A DNA stretch of 64,000 nt from the human T2T-CHM13v2.0 reference genome, Homo sapiens. This document shows positions 45,455 to 59,384 of this stretch, one piece after another. The stretch lies in NCBI RefSeq assembly GCF_009914755.1, contig NC_060932.1; one strand, given 5' to 3'. Below the pieces are notes generated by a model. It did not search any database, had not been told where the DNA came from, and saw only the letters and a program-made list of their open reading frames with translations. Both the position numbers and the translations under genes were made by a program. Numbering within the stretch: position 1 is the first letter of the stretch; every line of letters begins with the position of its first letter.

Positions 45455-46022
45455 TAAGACCTTTTCATAACCTCTTGATGCATGTGTAGTGTCATCAGTC
45501 TCAGCATTTGAACCAAATTTTGGGTTCATGTGGGCCCATCCTACCTCTGTGTGTGACCACTATAGAGTTGGTAGATCCAAAGAAAGTGGAGCAGTTGTCA
45601 CCCCAGTCATGCCAACATGCCAACGATCGGCAACAATGTATGTGAGCTACGGAAGGACGATGCTTCACTGCTGCCCTCCAAGTCTCTCCTAAGAATCTCC
45701 GTTGCAGCCTACTCTAACTAGAAACATACAAGAAAGGAATTTTGAGAAATGTAGATCAGCCAGGACAAGTTACAAAGCCACTATAGTTCGTTTTAAATTT
45801 CATCATTTTTCTTGACATATATAATCATTTAATAACTGCCATAATGCAACACATAATTTATAGTCATCAGCATCTCCTCTTTTTCCATTAAATAAGATAC
45901 TATTAAAGCACTTAGTAGATTTCCATCGCAAAAGTCCATGAGACCAGGCATCTGCCTTCCATTTACAAAGCATTTTTTTCATTGGATGTGTAAATACATT
46001 TCTTACATTCTCATTCATCACC

Positions 46023-46322
46023 TTTTTTTTTTTTTTTTTGAGATGGAGTCTCACTCTGTCACCCCGGCTGGAGGGCAGTGGCACAATCTCAGCTCACGGC
46101 AACCCTCTCCTTCAGGGTTCAAGCTGTTGCCCTGCCTCAGCCTCCCAAGTAGCCGGGATTACAAGCATGCACCATTATGCCCAGCTAATTTTTGTACTTT
46201 TAGTAGAGACAGGGTTTTGTCATGTTGACCAGGCTGGTCTCGAACTTCTGACTTCAAGTGGTCTGCCTCCCTGGGCCTCCCAAAGTGCTGGGATTACAGG
46301 CATGAGCCACCACACCCGGCCC
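46023..46322 (-). mobile_element. AluS SINE
   Basis: Full dimer; TSD-like catcaccttttt/catcccttttt. Confidence 0.96.
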
Positions 46323-46486
46323 ATCCCTTTTTGACTTGGCCTTTGGTTCTCCTTTTGCCTTCTTCTCTGGTTTTCTGGTATAAGACTTGGTGTATTTGGG
46401 GTTTTATTTTAAATAATCCAGGTCTATTCATTTTCTCCAAGTACATTTCAAGAGCAAAACTAAAATCTTAGAAAAGGGAAACTAAT

Positions 46487-46787
46487 GTCTGGGTGCGGTG
46501 GCTCACACCTGTAATCCCAGCACTTTGGGAGGCCGAGACGGACAGATCTTGAGGTCAGGAGTTCAAGACCAGCCTGGCCAACAAAGTGAAACCCAGTATC
46601 TACTAATGATACAAAACATTAGCCAGGCATGGTGGCATGCACCTGTAATCCCAGCTACTCAGGAGGCTGAGGCAAGAGAATCACTTGAACCCCATAGGCA
46701 GAGGTTGTAGTGAACCGAGATTGCACCATTGCAATCCAGTGTGGATGACAGAGCGAGACTCCATCTCAAAAAAAAAAAAAAAAAAAG
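46487..46787 (+). mobile_element. AluS SINE
   Basis: Full dimer, poly-A, 17-bp TSD gaaaagggaaactaatg (46471, 46788). Confidence 0.97.
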
Positions 46788-46919
46788 GAAAAGGGAAACT
46801 AATGTGTAGAGGGTTTAATGAAATATTGGCAGGAAAATAATCTCTTTGTTTTGCTGTTTTAAACAGGAGGCATGTTGAACAATATAGGGAAATACAAATG
46901 TTTATTTGTTAGGATCTCT

Positions 46920-47327
46920 CTGTGATGCCGGCTGAGTCCCAGGAAAACACACTCGGAGATCGACATGGTGGGCTTTTGTTAGGGAGTGCTCTTGGGATCA
47001 ACCTGTAAAAGGGAGGAAAAGAAGTAGGATTGTGCAGAGAAAGAAGCTGGGCTGAGATGCAGTCCAGTGGAAACCTCAGTCATTCCTATGGGGAGTTCTG
47101 AAGATGGCATGACCCTTGGGTCCCTAGTTGGAATGAAAGGGCTGGTCTTTTACAGGCCTGTGTTAATCAGTCATTGGATGTGGGCTGTTCTGGGACTGGG
47201 ACAAGGTGTGTGACCTTGGATGAGTGGCTTCCTTCAAGATAAGGTAATCTCTGGATGGTGCTGATAGCTGAGAACTAATAACTTCATTTTCATGAGAAAT
47301 CTTGATGGTGTGTCACTGTGACCCACA
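46920..47327 (-). mobile_element. LTR16-family ERVL LTR
   Basis: gggagtgctcttgggatcaacctgt...gaagtaggattgtgcagagaaagaagctggg...cagtcattggatgtgggctg. Confidence 0.75.
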
Positions 47328-47699
47328 TATTCTGAAAAAAGGTGCTTATAGAAGGGCAATTTTCTATGAATGCTGTTTTGCTATCCTATTATGGAATATT
47401 CTCTATTAACTCAGTATTCAATATCCATACTATTAGTGGTTAAGGGGATAAGATCATAATAAAATGCATCCTTAATACTTTTTTTATGACTCTCACGGTC
47501 AATTACACACTTCCTATGTCTTTATATCAGAGTCTTACAGCCATGTCAGTATGCCACCTCAAAAATGTTGAAAAAACCGATGAGTTTTGTAGAGTTTGCT
47601 CAGGGGGAATGAGCATTTTCTGCCCTCTCCTAGCCCTCCTTCTCATCCTGTCAGGTTCACCTGAGCTAAGTGGATCTCCGGAGTCTAAAATGGAGAAGA

Positions 47700-48055
47700 T
47701 AAAAATAACTCAAATCATCTTCCCTCTGCCCGTCCACCTTGAACCTGTTCTCTTCTCTGCTCTGTGCCCTGCAAAGCTGATCCTTGAGGTCGACATTTTT
47801 CACCTCCCTTTCTGGCTGGCTTCTCATTGGGTTAAACCAGTGGGAGGCAAGAAGAAAGAAATTGGCTTGTTGAAGGAGAAAAAGGTCGGAGAGTTTCTTC
47901 CCTGCTGTCTCCATGTGTCAATGATGCTTCTTCAGCAGTAGCAGTGTCCTGTGGTAACAACCCCAGCCAGATAGTCCCTCTTCCAGGTTCCCAGCTCTCA
48001 CTGGGCTCCAGTTACACTAGTTGAACTCTTTCGGTGCTGACCTAGGGTGGGAAGC
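47700..48055 (+). mobile_element. LTR33-like fragment
   Basis: ctgctctgtgccctgcaaagctga...ctggcttctcattgggttaaaccagtgggaggc. Confidence 0.6.
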
Positions 48056-49009
48056 ATTAGCACATGGGCCATTACAGGGCATGCCCAGATGGGCAATTTT
48101 ATTCTTCCATTAAAAAAAAAGATCAATAGCTTTGTTACTATACATAGTTTCCAGGAGATTTGTCCCTAGAAATTCCATTACATTTGGATGTCACTCAGGA
48201 TCAAAGCAACACCTGCAAGTTTTTATGTTATACCACACACTCATCTTCCCTTAATTGCTATCTACCGTTTAAGGCTGATAGCAATAAATCCATACGCAGT
48301 GTGAAAGGGTAGCTGTGAATCCTGAGGCAACAGTTTATCATCATTAGCAAAGGTGATAAGGCAGGTACCTAGAAAACTTGGAAGGTCTCCTGCAAAATTA
48401 GCAAGAATGCCTGCCAAGCTCAGGCACTCTGACTTCTGCACACCTTTCTCTAGGCTGCCTGTGGCCAATTCTTTCCAAGTTTGTGCAGGTCATATCCTCC
48501 TTCCCTGCAGGCACTTTTCTTTACCACTGTTTGTTTCATCATAACAGCTGTTATTATTTAGTGACAGTGTGAATTATTAGGAAGAACGTATTTTATAAGT
48601 GATGTGATTCCCTTCTCTCTTCCCATAACAGAGAAGCCACTACTATGTTTCTAAATTTCTGAGTACTCTTGAACTAGTAGAGCCAGGAGATCTTATGGGT
48701 TGGGTCCATCCAGGAGGATTAATTGTGGATTCCTCAGTGGAGAAGGGAAAGGATGGGCAGAGTGCATGGACAGGCAGAGTTAGAGGCAGTGTCAGAGTGA
48801 CTGCTGAGACAGAGAATAAGGTCAAGTTGGCAGAGACCAAGCCCTGCTTTGCACCAGTGGGGAGAAGGAAGCTGTAAAACTGGTGTGTGGAAATAACTCC
48901 TATGAGATGCATCCCTGGGCTTGTCCAGGGCAGCTGTGGTTGGGAAGATGGACTTTAATATTGAGCAAGCCAAAAATATTCAAACAAGGGTCACAATGTG
49001 GACTAATAT

Positions 49010-50391
49010 TTTAAATATTCTTTCATAGTTTATTTTATTTCGATAGTTTTGGGGGAACAGGTGGTTTTGGGTTACATGGATAAGTTCTTTAGTGGTGATG
49101 TCTGAGATTTTGGTGTACACTGTACCCAATGTGTAATCTTTTATCCCTCATTGCCCTCACCCCTCTCCCACCTTCCCCTCGAGTCCTCAAATTCCTTTAT
49201 GTCATTCTTATGCCTCTGTATCTTCACAGCTTAGCTCCCACTTATAAGTGAAAACATATGATATTTGGTTTTCCATTCCTGAGTTATTTCAGTTAGAATA
49301 ATGGTCTCCAACTCCATCCAGGTTGCTGTGAATGACATTTTGTTCATTTTTAAGGCTGAGTGGTATTTTCTTTATCCACTCGTTAGTTGATGGGCATTTA
49401 GACTGATTCCACATTTTTGAAATTGTGAATTGTGCTGCTATAAGCATGTGTGTGCAAATGTCTTTTGAATATAGTGACTTCTTTTCCTTTGGGTAGATAC
49501 CCAGTAGTGGAATTGCTGGATTGAATGGTAGTTCTACTTTCAGTTTTTTAAAGGCATCTCCACACTGCACACTGTTTTCCATAGTAGTTATACTAGTTTA
49601 CATTCCCATCAGCAGTGTAAAAGTGTTCCCTCTTCTCCACATCCACTTCAACATCGAGTATTTTTTGTTTTTTTAAATTATGTCCATTCTTGCAGGAATA
49701 AGGTGGTATTTTAAATTTGCATTTGCCTGATAGTGATGAGCATTTTTTCATATGTTTTTTGGCCATTTGTATATCTTCTTTTGATAATTGTCTATTCATG
49801 TTCTTTCCCCACTTTTAAATGAGATTATTTGTGGGTTTTTTTTTTTTTTTTTTTTTTGCTGATTTGTTTGAGTTCCTTATAGATTTTGGATATTAGTCCT
49901 TTGTGGGATGCACAGTTTGTGAAGATTTCCTCCCACTCTGTGGGTTATCTGTTTTCTCAGCTGATTATTTCTTTTGCTGTGCAGAGCTTTTTAATTTAAT
50001 CAGGTCCCATCTATTTTTGTTTTTGTTGCATTTACTTTTGGGTTTTTGGTCCTGAACTCTCTGTCTAAGCCAATGTCTAGAAGAGTTTTTCTGATGTTAT
50101 CTTCTAGAGTTTCTATGGTTTCAGGTCTTAGATTTAAGTCTTTGATCCATCTTGAGTTGATTTTTGTGTAAGGTGAGAGATGCGGATCTAGTTTCATTCT
50201 CCTACATGTGGCTAGCCAATTATCCCAGCACCGTTTGTTGAATAGGGTGTCCTTTTCCTGCTTTATGTTTTTGTTTTGTTGAAGATCAGTTGGCTGTAAG
50301 CATTTGGCTTTATCTCTGGGTTATCTATTCTGTTCCATTGGTCTACGTGCCTATTTTTATACCAGCACCATGCTGTTTTGGTAACTTTAGC
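49010..50391 (-). mobile_element. L1PB1-like LINE, non-inverted 3' part
   Basis: tagttttgggggaacaggtggttttgggttacatggataagttctttagtgg 3' end; ORF2 peptides [27 protein letters not shown]. Confidence 0.95.
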
Positions 50392-50606
50392 TCATGGATG
50401 GGTAGAATCAATATTGTGAAAATGACCATACTGCCAAAAGAATCTACAGATTCAATGTAATTTCCATCAAAATACGATCATCATTCTTCACAGAACTAGA
50501 AAAAACAATCCTAAAACTTACATGTAACCAAAAAAGAGCCCACATAGCCAAAGCAAGACTAAGCAAAAAGAATATATCTGGGGCATCATATTGCCTAACT
50601 TCAAAC
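50390..50606 (+). mobile_element. Inverted 5' part of the same L1PB
   Basis: gctcatggatgggtagaatcaatattgtgaaaatg...cctaacttcaaac in sense orientation; TSD acaatgt(g/a)gactaat at 48993 and 50605. Confidence 0.92.
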
Positions 50607-51049
50607 AATGTAGACTAATTTTAAGCAGCCATTTACTTACTTATTTTAATGTGCATACGGAATATATATACTCTTTACATGTTAAAAATGGTTGAATGGC
50701 TATTCCTTTTTTTCTACTAATTAAATGAATTTGAAGAACATATCAAGAAAATAATAATAATAATATTGTATAGATAGTACCTAGATGCGTAAATTCCTGA
50801 AGTAGAGGAATATCAAGTATTGTAATGGAAAAAGTTAGAGGAGGCCACAACCATCAAGACCTGGCCCCTCTTCCAGTATTTCTGCCACAAATTTTCAGGA
50901 TGTTTCTATCAGTATAATCCCATGAAGGAAGTGAATGGAGCCAGACATTTACTGAAATTGAATTTCTCTGCAACCAGAAGAATGGAGACTTAGACTAGGT
51001 ATAATTTGATTTAGAAAAATAAAGGGAGGTGTGCTAAGTATTCTACTTG

Positions 51050-51697
51050 TTCTCCTATCAATTTGCTCTCTACTCTCTCAGACTTCCTCTGTGCCCTGCA
51101 AAATTCCAACAGGCTGCTTTGCCCTCCAGCTTTAATTGGGTTTGCTCAGGGCTGGGATTAGGGTAAAAGGAATGAGGACCCCAGGGTACTGCGAGGGCCT
51201 CTTTAAACTGTATGCCTAGTTCTGGTCCTGTATTCACCAATAGGAGACAGGATAGAAAAGAATGATGTTGGTGTATTAATTCCCCAGCTTCCTCTCTGCC
51301 GGATTGCTGGGGGTTTGTTGCTTTCTTCCACTGAGGCAATGGTTTCTATCAGCACATTTCTCCATACAGTTCTTCTTCCAGGTCCCCCAACCTTGTCCTT
51401 ATTATTTCTCTCAGTGTGTGTGTGTGGTGTAGGGAAAGGGATGGCTAGTGAAGGCAGGGGAGGAACCTGGTTGTTACAGCTGGCTCCCTGCTGTTACTAG
51501 ACCTAGGGTACCATACCATTCCTTGTTATTGCCCTGGGGGACTCCACCATTCCTTGTTCCACACTGGAGTGCAACACTAGTCCTTTTAGGAGACTAAATC
51601 CTGCCTACAACTCTATAAATATTCCCTTTATTAAAACCTCCCATTTACTTGCTTGACTTTACTATCTGTTTCTTGCTGGAACGAAAAGGGATATAGC
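51050..51697 (+). mobile_element. LTR33-like ERVL LTR
   Basis: ctctgtgccctg...; ccctttattaaaacctcccattt...atctgtttcttgctggaac 3' end. Confidence 0.65.
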
Positions 51698-54600
51698 ACA
51701 TAACATGTCTTGATCCCTGGAGCTATGATCTAAAATTCAACTCTTTTACATTTAAGAAATGAAGTAATTTTCTTATTGCCTGTTTTCCTATGAGTTTGCT
51801 GGTTCTAGAGTGGACAGGGCCATTATCTGTTGTCACCAGTGTGTCCGTAGGGCCTAAAAGCTTAGTATATGCTTGTTGACTAACTTACTATCGACAAAAT
51901 CTATGTCACAATTTCCCTATATAAGAACAAAGAACAAGGAATATTGTATACTTGTCTGTTAGAATAAAATCTTGCAACAGAGAAATAGGCTGAGAAAAGA
52001 GTGGCGAATTTATTCTCTGTCTCTGCCTCTATAATATATCATTAATTTCCCTAAATTCTTTAATGTTTTCTTAGTAATTTTTGGCTCCAAAATCCCTACT
52101 TGGTGGATAAGGTAAAACAAATTTCAGTAAGCAAACTTCACAGGGGGGTGGAAGAGGCATCATAAGTACACCACATGCTCATTCTTCTTAATTGCCAGAT
52201 CTTCCATCTGTTGGTCTGAGATAATATTGATAAAGGAATTAAAGATGCCACACCATCTCCTGAATCAAATGAGAACAGTCGTTCTTAAGTTACAGAATAT
52301 GACATTTTAATGCTTTGCAACATGAAGAGGAAAGAGCATTTAGTTTATTTTCATGTGGCTAATTTGAAGCTAGATTAGATCATCTAGTTAACTCATAGGT
52401 TCTTAACTTTTAAGGCCAAATATTGTGTAGCATCTCATTTTCACAGTGGCGGTTGTTACTGTTAATAATTGAATCAACTAGGAAGTTAACCTTGAATACC
52501 AAACACAAAATCTCTAAACCAAAAGCTAGAAGTAACACAATTTGGGGAATAGAGCCATGCTTAAATAAGAGGCAGCATTGTGTTGCCTCAAAATAGGCAT
52601 AGCTTTGATGCTTGAATATTTTAATATATTTTTCTATATGGATAATGTTGTTCTCTTAAAATCTTGTTACTTTCTCATATTATGGAGCAGAAAGAATGGT
52701 GGAAAATCTCAAAAACAAATAAAGCAACGCTCGTAGTCAGTACTTGAATACTGACTCAAGTACTCTGAATCTCAAGACAGGACCCAGTGACATTTTGGAA
52801 TTGGATGGATCTAGCTTGTCTAGACCAAGAGGTGGGTCTGGCTTGTCTCTGGTGGTTCTAGCTAAGAAGGGAATTCTTTGAACCACTCAATCAGATTTAG
52901 AATTGGTATTAAGCAATAATAAGCTACTGTAGTTTGCCACTATAATTCAGACTATATGACCAGAAATGAAATGGGGCAAATAAATTACATCAGTGGCTTA
53001 CAATTTTAAGACTTCTGAAGATTTTAGTATTAAAAGCCTGGGGTAGTAAGATGTGAATTACAATTTTCTTTTTATGTAACCATGGAAACACCTGAAAAAT
53101 ACACAGCCTCTGAATGGACATTTGATTTGAAATTTATACAATACCACAATTCTGTTTACCAAACTCAAGTTTCAGTTCAAACTCAGATATTGGCAGATAG
53201 CCTTCAGAAGGTCACCAGGCCACTCAGAAGTCTGAGGGTTTCATACTTTGGTTAATTTTCACCCCCTCCATCCCTTGCCCATCAGCACCCTTAATCTTAC
53301 TTTAGCGTTATCTGTTTTTCTTTGACTAACATTGTAAAGAGTATCATTTAACTGAGTTCAGACTAATTGGGAATGAATATGCAACACATTTTAGTCCAAC
53401 TTGATTATCCTGTAGGTATCCTAGGAAGATTGTTCTTGAATCTGTGCGTTTCCTGCATGCTAGTTTCATGTATCTTTTAATGACATCTTGATTACTGCCA
53501 TTATTATTTTATGTTTATAAAATGCCCTGAAATATGTCTTTAGCTCATCTCCAGTTCTTTATAGTTTAAAAAGCCCGACTATCTTCTTTAACAACCTCTT
53601 CAGTTTCAAGCCCAATCATTTGAAGAGATCTACCTTTCACAAATTGGAAAAATAAGATTTTGAAGTAGTGTTTACAGCCCATGTAGACTAGAACAAGAAT
53701 AGTTAAAAAGGTAAGCATGAGAGGCCTTTTCAGCTGAGTAGCACCAGTTTGAAAGTGAACATCAGTATTTCTACTTAAAGTATGTTAGGTTGTGTAGGTT
53801 ATATGGCTTTGGGAACAGGGGAAAGGTTTTGAAAAGATAAATCAGAGGAGATTATACGGGAAGACTTTTATTCTGCAGAAAAAAAAGTATCTGAGTATTA
53901 TATTTTTTCCCCAGAAACTTCTTTCTTGCTAAAGACTATGGAATCAAAATCCACAGCAACTCCCAGCATGTTAAGAGAAGAGACCAGAATTTCAGTGACA
54001 TTTTAGGATTAGGATAGATTAATGTCATCTCTGTGTCCCAAGAGTCACAACATATTGATAAAACGGTGATCAGGATGCCGTTATAAAATGACATCCTGTG
54101 TAAGTCAGTGTGGCTACTCACAGAAGATCCCCAACATGGATTGGTGAGTCCACTGGAAAAAGGAAAACAGTGTACTTTGTGGCTGGTGGTTCTGTAGTCA
54201 AAGGCATAGTTTCCTGGACAAACATGAAGCCTAAACTGTATTCACAAGGAAAAATGGCAAAAGAGAAAGCCCAGATTTAAAAGGTAGAAGGGAATTGATT
54301 GACACAAGAGAAGGATATTCAAGTGCAAGTAGAATGAAAGAAACTTCGCTGAGTTGAGATCAATGAATTTCAAAGAAGGTTAGATGAAAAAGTGTGCAGT
54401 GGTTTGGATTATAAAGAGCAAAAATGGCCTTCACTTGGCAAAAACACAAGAAAGATAGTAGAAAGGGCCAGGTTTGGGGAGGAAAATTGTGTTTGTCCTA
54501 ACAAGAGTCAACAAAACCAGGGGAAGACAGACAAACAGCAATAAACCCGGTCTTAGAGAAAATCCTCCCAGTAAGATCACAAGAACAGTGAAGACCAGGG

Positions 54601-54729
54601 TAGAGGTTTATAGACTGAAGGGAAATACTTATATCTGGCAGTGAGAGATTAAACAAGAACATATCCCAAGGGAAGGGCATGGTGCAATGAATCTGTAAAA
54701 TACCTGACTTACAAGTATAAGCCTTTGTC

Positions 54730-55035
54730 CTATGTCTGACCCACAGGTAGCTTCTATTTGTTCTGCTCTGTATTTAAAAATGTATTAATTAGGTGGTGAG
54801 ATTTTAAAACCAAAAATATTTCACATAGGTCAAGATTTCTGGCACCTGAAAAAGAAGGATTTGGGAAATCCATTGCAAATTTCTACATAGCAACAAGTAC
54901 ATGGAACTGAGTGGCAGCTGCTGTCTTTAGATAGAACACACCCTTAATCAATTCACCAAATAAATGCCCCGTCTCAGGCCTGCTTCACTCCCTTACCTTA
55001 GCCACTTGGCTTCTTAGCCATTTGAGTTGGTGAAG
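54730..55035. mobile_element. hAT-type DNA transposon relic (family uncertain)
   Basis: tggaactgagtggcagctgctgtctttaga...gcttcactcccttacc...catttgagttg resembles a MER hAT consensus. Confidence 0.5.
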
Positions 55036-55109
55036 GACACTCTGGCTTGAGGTGACTGTAACAAAGTTTGTATATCATTTGTCTAGAATAATTTGTGTGT
55101 GTATGTGTG

Positions 55110-55370
55110 CGCATTCATTCTTTGATCATTTCACAAACATTTACCAAGCACCTACTATGTACTGAGCTGAATTCATTGGGAAAGCTAAAGATAGCAGTCC
55201 TAGGCTTTGCTTTCAAAGAGCATAGCCTCTGGAGGAACTATGCCACATGCACACCCATCACTTATGTACAAGGTGTAACGTGATGTAAATGCAGACCTAT
55301 GGGAACTTGGAGCAGGGCGACATCACTTTAATCTGAGGGAACTTCAAAGAAGGCTTTACTAAACAGGACA
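55110..55370 (-). mobile_element. L2 3' fragment
   Basis: cattcattc...acaaacatttaccaagcacctactatgt. Confidence 0.7.
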
Positions 55371-55372
55371 CA

Positions 55373-56056
<684 letters not shown>

Positions 56057-56569
56057 ACAGGACCCACATTAGGTTTATTTCAAAGCTACACCAAGACTAC
56101 TTCCTCTAGTCTTATTTAGGCTCAACTCTAACTCAATATTTTCTTTTGCTCTTCTCTGTTTTTGTACAATCAGGCATGGGTTTGTGAAACATGCCTCCCA
56201 GGGTAGGAGAGGTGATGTCTAGAATGCGAAATCCCAGATAATCCCACATCCTGTCACTATATTTTCAAATTATTTAGTAGTAACAGATCTGTTTTCCTGC
56301 TTTTATTTGACTTGGGGCAATTTAAAAATGATCATGCACTTCTGAAAATACCTGGGTTTAGGGAGGACAAGCAACAGCTCTACCCCCTCCTCCCCCCTTG
56401 CCTGTGGCAGAGTTTAGGTACTGAACCTAGACACAGTGTCAGACCCTTCAGAACATGGCACTTTAGCAACCATCAGAGTGGCTACTTGAGTCTAGATAAA
56501 GATGCTGATCTTCCCTGCCCAGGTGATGCAGGGGAAAGGCAGCCAGAGAATGGATGGTTCCTCTGAGTA

Positions 56570-56740
56570 GGTTCATTTATTAAATCTACCATGTGCTGTG
56601 CATTGGCTGGGCGTTTCCCCCAAGTTCTCCCTTAATTCCTATCCATCTCTATGAGACAGTTTTATCATTCTCATTTTAAAGCTCATGAACTATCTGGATT
56701 CAAATCTAAGTCTGTCTGCCTCCAGGGTTGAGGACATTTT
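56570..56740 (-). mobile_element. MIR fragments
   Basis: catttattaaatctaccatgtgc...ggattcaaatctaagtctgtctgcctccag. Confidence 0.6.
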
Positions 56741-57774
56741 ATTTTGTAAGGTAGAATCATCCACGTACAAGGCTGTCTCCCCACCAGATTATGAACAGCT
56801 ATGGGGCACAGAAAAGCATTTATTCCATTCCTAGTAGGCATTAACAGAAAATCATGAATTGAAGGGAACCCCAAAGTCGCTTCTCCCCCTTTAATGTTCT
56901 TATTTCTGGTGGGGAGCTCCCTGCTCCATTTCAGCAGCAGTAGCACATTTCAGTTTTGTCATTTATTGAGAGCTGACTCCGAGGCAGGTGCTTAGATCTT
57001 GGCAACGAGATGAGGCACGGGGCAGGAGGGCAGTGACCTCTGTCTCCCCAGCGCCTCCTGCAGGGCTGACACACAGCAAGTCCTCAGTGCTTGTCTGTTA
57101 CAAGGCTGAAAAAAGGAATGCTTCTCCGGTAGATGGCTCTCCCATTCCCATAGTGAGGGGATATTTGCAAGGAATTGCCCCTCTCCCTGTCTTCACTGCA
57201 GAAGACAGTCCTCCTTCTCTTTAAAAATGTGTATTTTTTTTTCTGATCCTAGAAGTAATATATGCTTATTATAGAATTATCGAACATTTTGGAGAAATTT
57301 GAATTATGAAAAATTAAAGAAATAAAAAATAGTCATACATTTAGTTTGCTGCTAGAAAATAACAAAGAATATCTATCTAAATGTAAGTACATGGAAGACA
57401 TTCATGATATCCTTTTGAATGAAGAAAATAAAGTTTTAGCACACTAAATGTGTTCTAAATATGACTCAATTTTCCTAAAATAAATAAATGTAAATCCTCC
57501 TAGGAAAATATCAAAAAGAATGTATACCGATTCAATCTTGTGTTAAGTAAGTCAGTGATGAAGAGTGAAACATGTGAAGGGTTTTATTTTTGTTTTACAT
57601 GTTCATAGATTGTTTTAATTTTAACTATTATGTTCTACTTTTTTAGTTACAAAATATTTTTTAAATTATAAATTTATAATTAAACAAAACAATAACCAGT
57701 GTTAATATTTTGTTATCTTCTGGCATTTCTTTTTAAAACATCTGTATCAAACCATAGGAAGCATTTGATTTTCA

Positions 57775-57840
57775 TTTGTTTTGTTTTGTTTTTGAGACAG
57801 GGTTTTACTCTGACATCATGGCTGGAGTGCAGTGGCACTG
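57775..57840 (-). mobile_element. Short Alu 3' fragment
   Basis: ttttgagacagggttttactctgacatcatggctggagtgcagtggca. Confidence 0.8.
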
Positions 57841-58539
57841 AGTTTTGTTTCAATTTTTTTTACTTAATGTATCTTGAGAACTTTCACAAGTCATTAAAAG
57901 TTTATTAGAAATATTACTTTTAATTGCTTGGTGTTTCATCATTTGAGGATTCCATAATTTAGCTATCCCTCAGGTACAGAACATTCAAACTATTTCCATG
58001 TTTTCTCAATAATAAAAAATGCTTCCACAAATAGCCTTGGACAGAATTTGTATTCATCTCTATTTTGCTACATCATATTTCCACAAGCAGAATGGTTGAG
58101 TCAAAGAATATGAAGATGTGTGATACGCTGTGCTGTGGACCTTCATGGCTGGGCCTACCAAGCTTAGTGAACCCAGATTTGGTGTTACAGCAGACACACG
58201 GGATGAAGTACCTGCAGACTGTTCATTGTGATAAAATTCCCATAGCGCTGGGTGTGTGTGAGTTCCATCCCTTACTTCGTGATATGGCCTTAGGCAGCAA
58301 TGCTATCCTGGGGGAGAGGAAAAGGTCGCATCAAAAACCTAGAAATATGTCCTTCCTAGTAGCGTGGTTGAGTGTACACAGAGAAAGTCTCTTTGGCTCC
58401 TGCTCTCCATGATCTAGCAGGACATATTTTTGGCAATCTCATCATAATTAGGCTTCTGTTAGATTATACATTGTCCAATTTATTTGAGAAAGATTCAGAG
58501 TTTTATCAACATGGATTTGTCATGAAAAAACAGCTTTGC

Positions 58540-58860
58540 AGCTGGGCGCAGTGGCTCACGCCTGTAATCCCAGCACTTTGAGAAGCTGAGGGAAGTGGAT
58601 CGCTTGAGGTCAGGAGCTTGAGACCATCCTGGCCAACATGGCAAAACCCCATCTCTACTAAAAATACAAAAAAAATTAGCCAGGCGTGGTGGTGTGTGCC
58701 TATAATCCCAGCTACTCGGGAGGCTGAGGCAGCAGAATCGCTTGAACCCAGGAAATGGAGATTGCAGTCAGCCCAGATTGCAACGCTGCACTCCAGCCTT
58801 GGTAACAGAGTAAGTGAGACTATGTTTCAAAAAAAAAAAGAAAAAAAAAAAGGAAAAAAA
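58540..58860 (+). mobile_element. AluS SINE
   Basis: Full dimer, A-rich tail, TSD-like aaaaaacagctttgc/aaaaaagcaactttgc. Confidence 0.96.
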
Positions 58861-58950
58861 GCAACTTTGCCATTTGATGAGAGTATTATTTATTATTTCC
58901 ACATTTGGGTTCTTTATGAGGTAAAGTTTTGTTCATATGCTTATTGATAA

Positions 58951-59384
<434 letters not shown>

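Noticed and set aside
47486-47941. 151-aa ORF
   Set aside because: Starts at ATG but runs through an LTR33-like relic and has no recognisable domain; consistent with chance
48078-48096. p53 response element (GGGCATGCCC)
   Set aside because: Only one good half-site; the adjacent decamers do not fit RRRCWWGYYY
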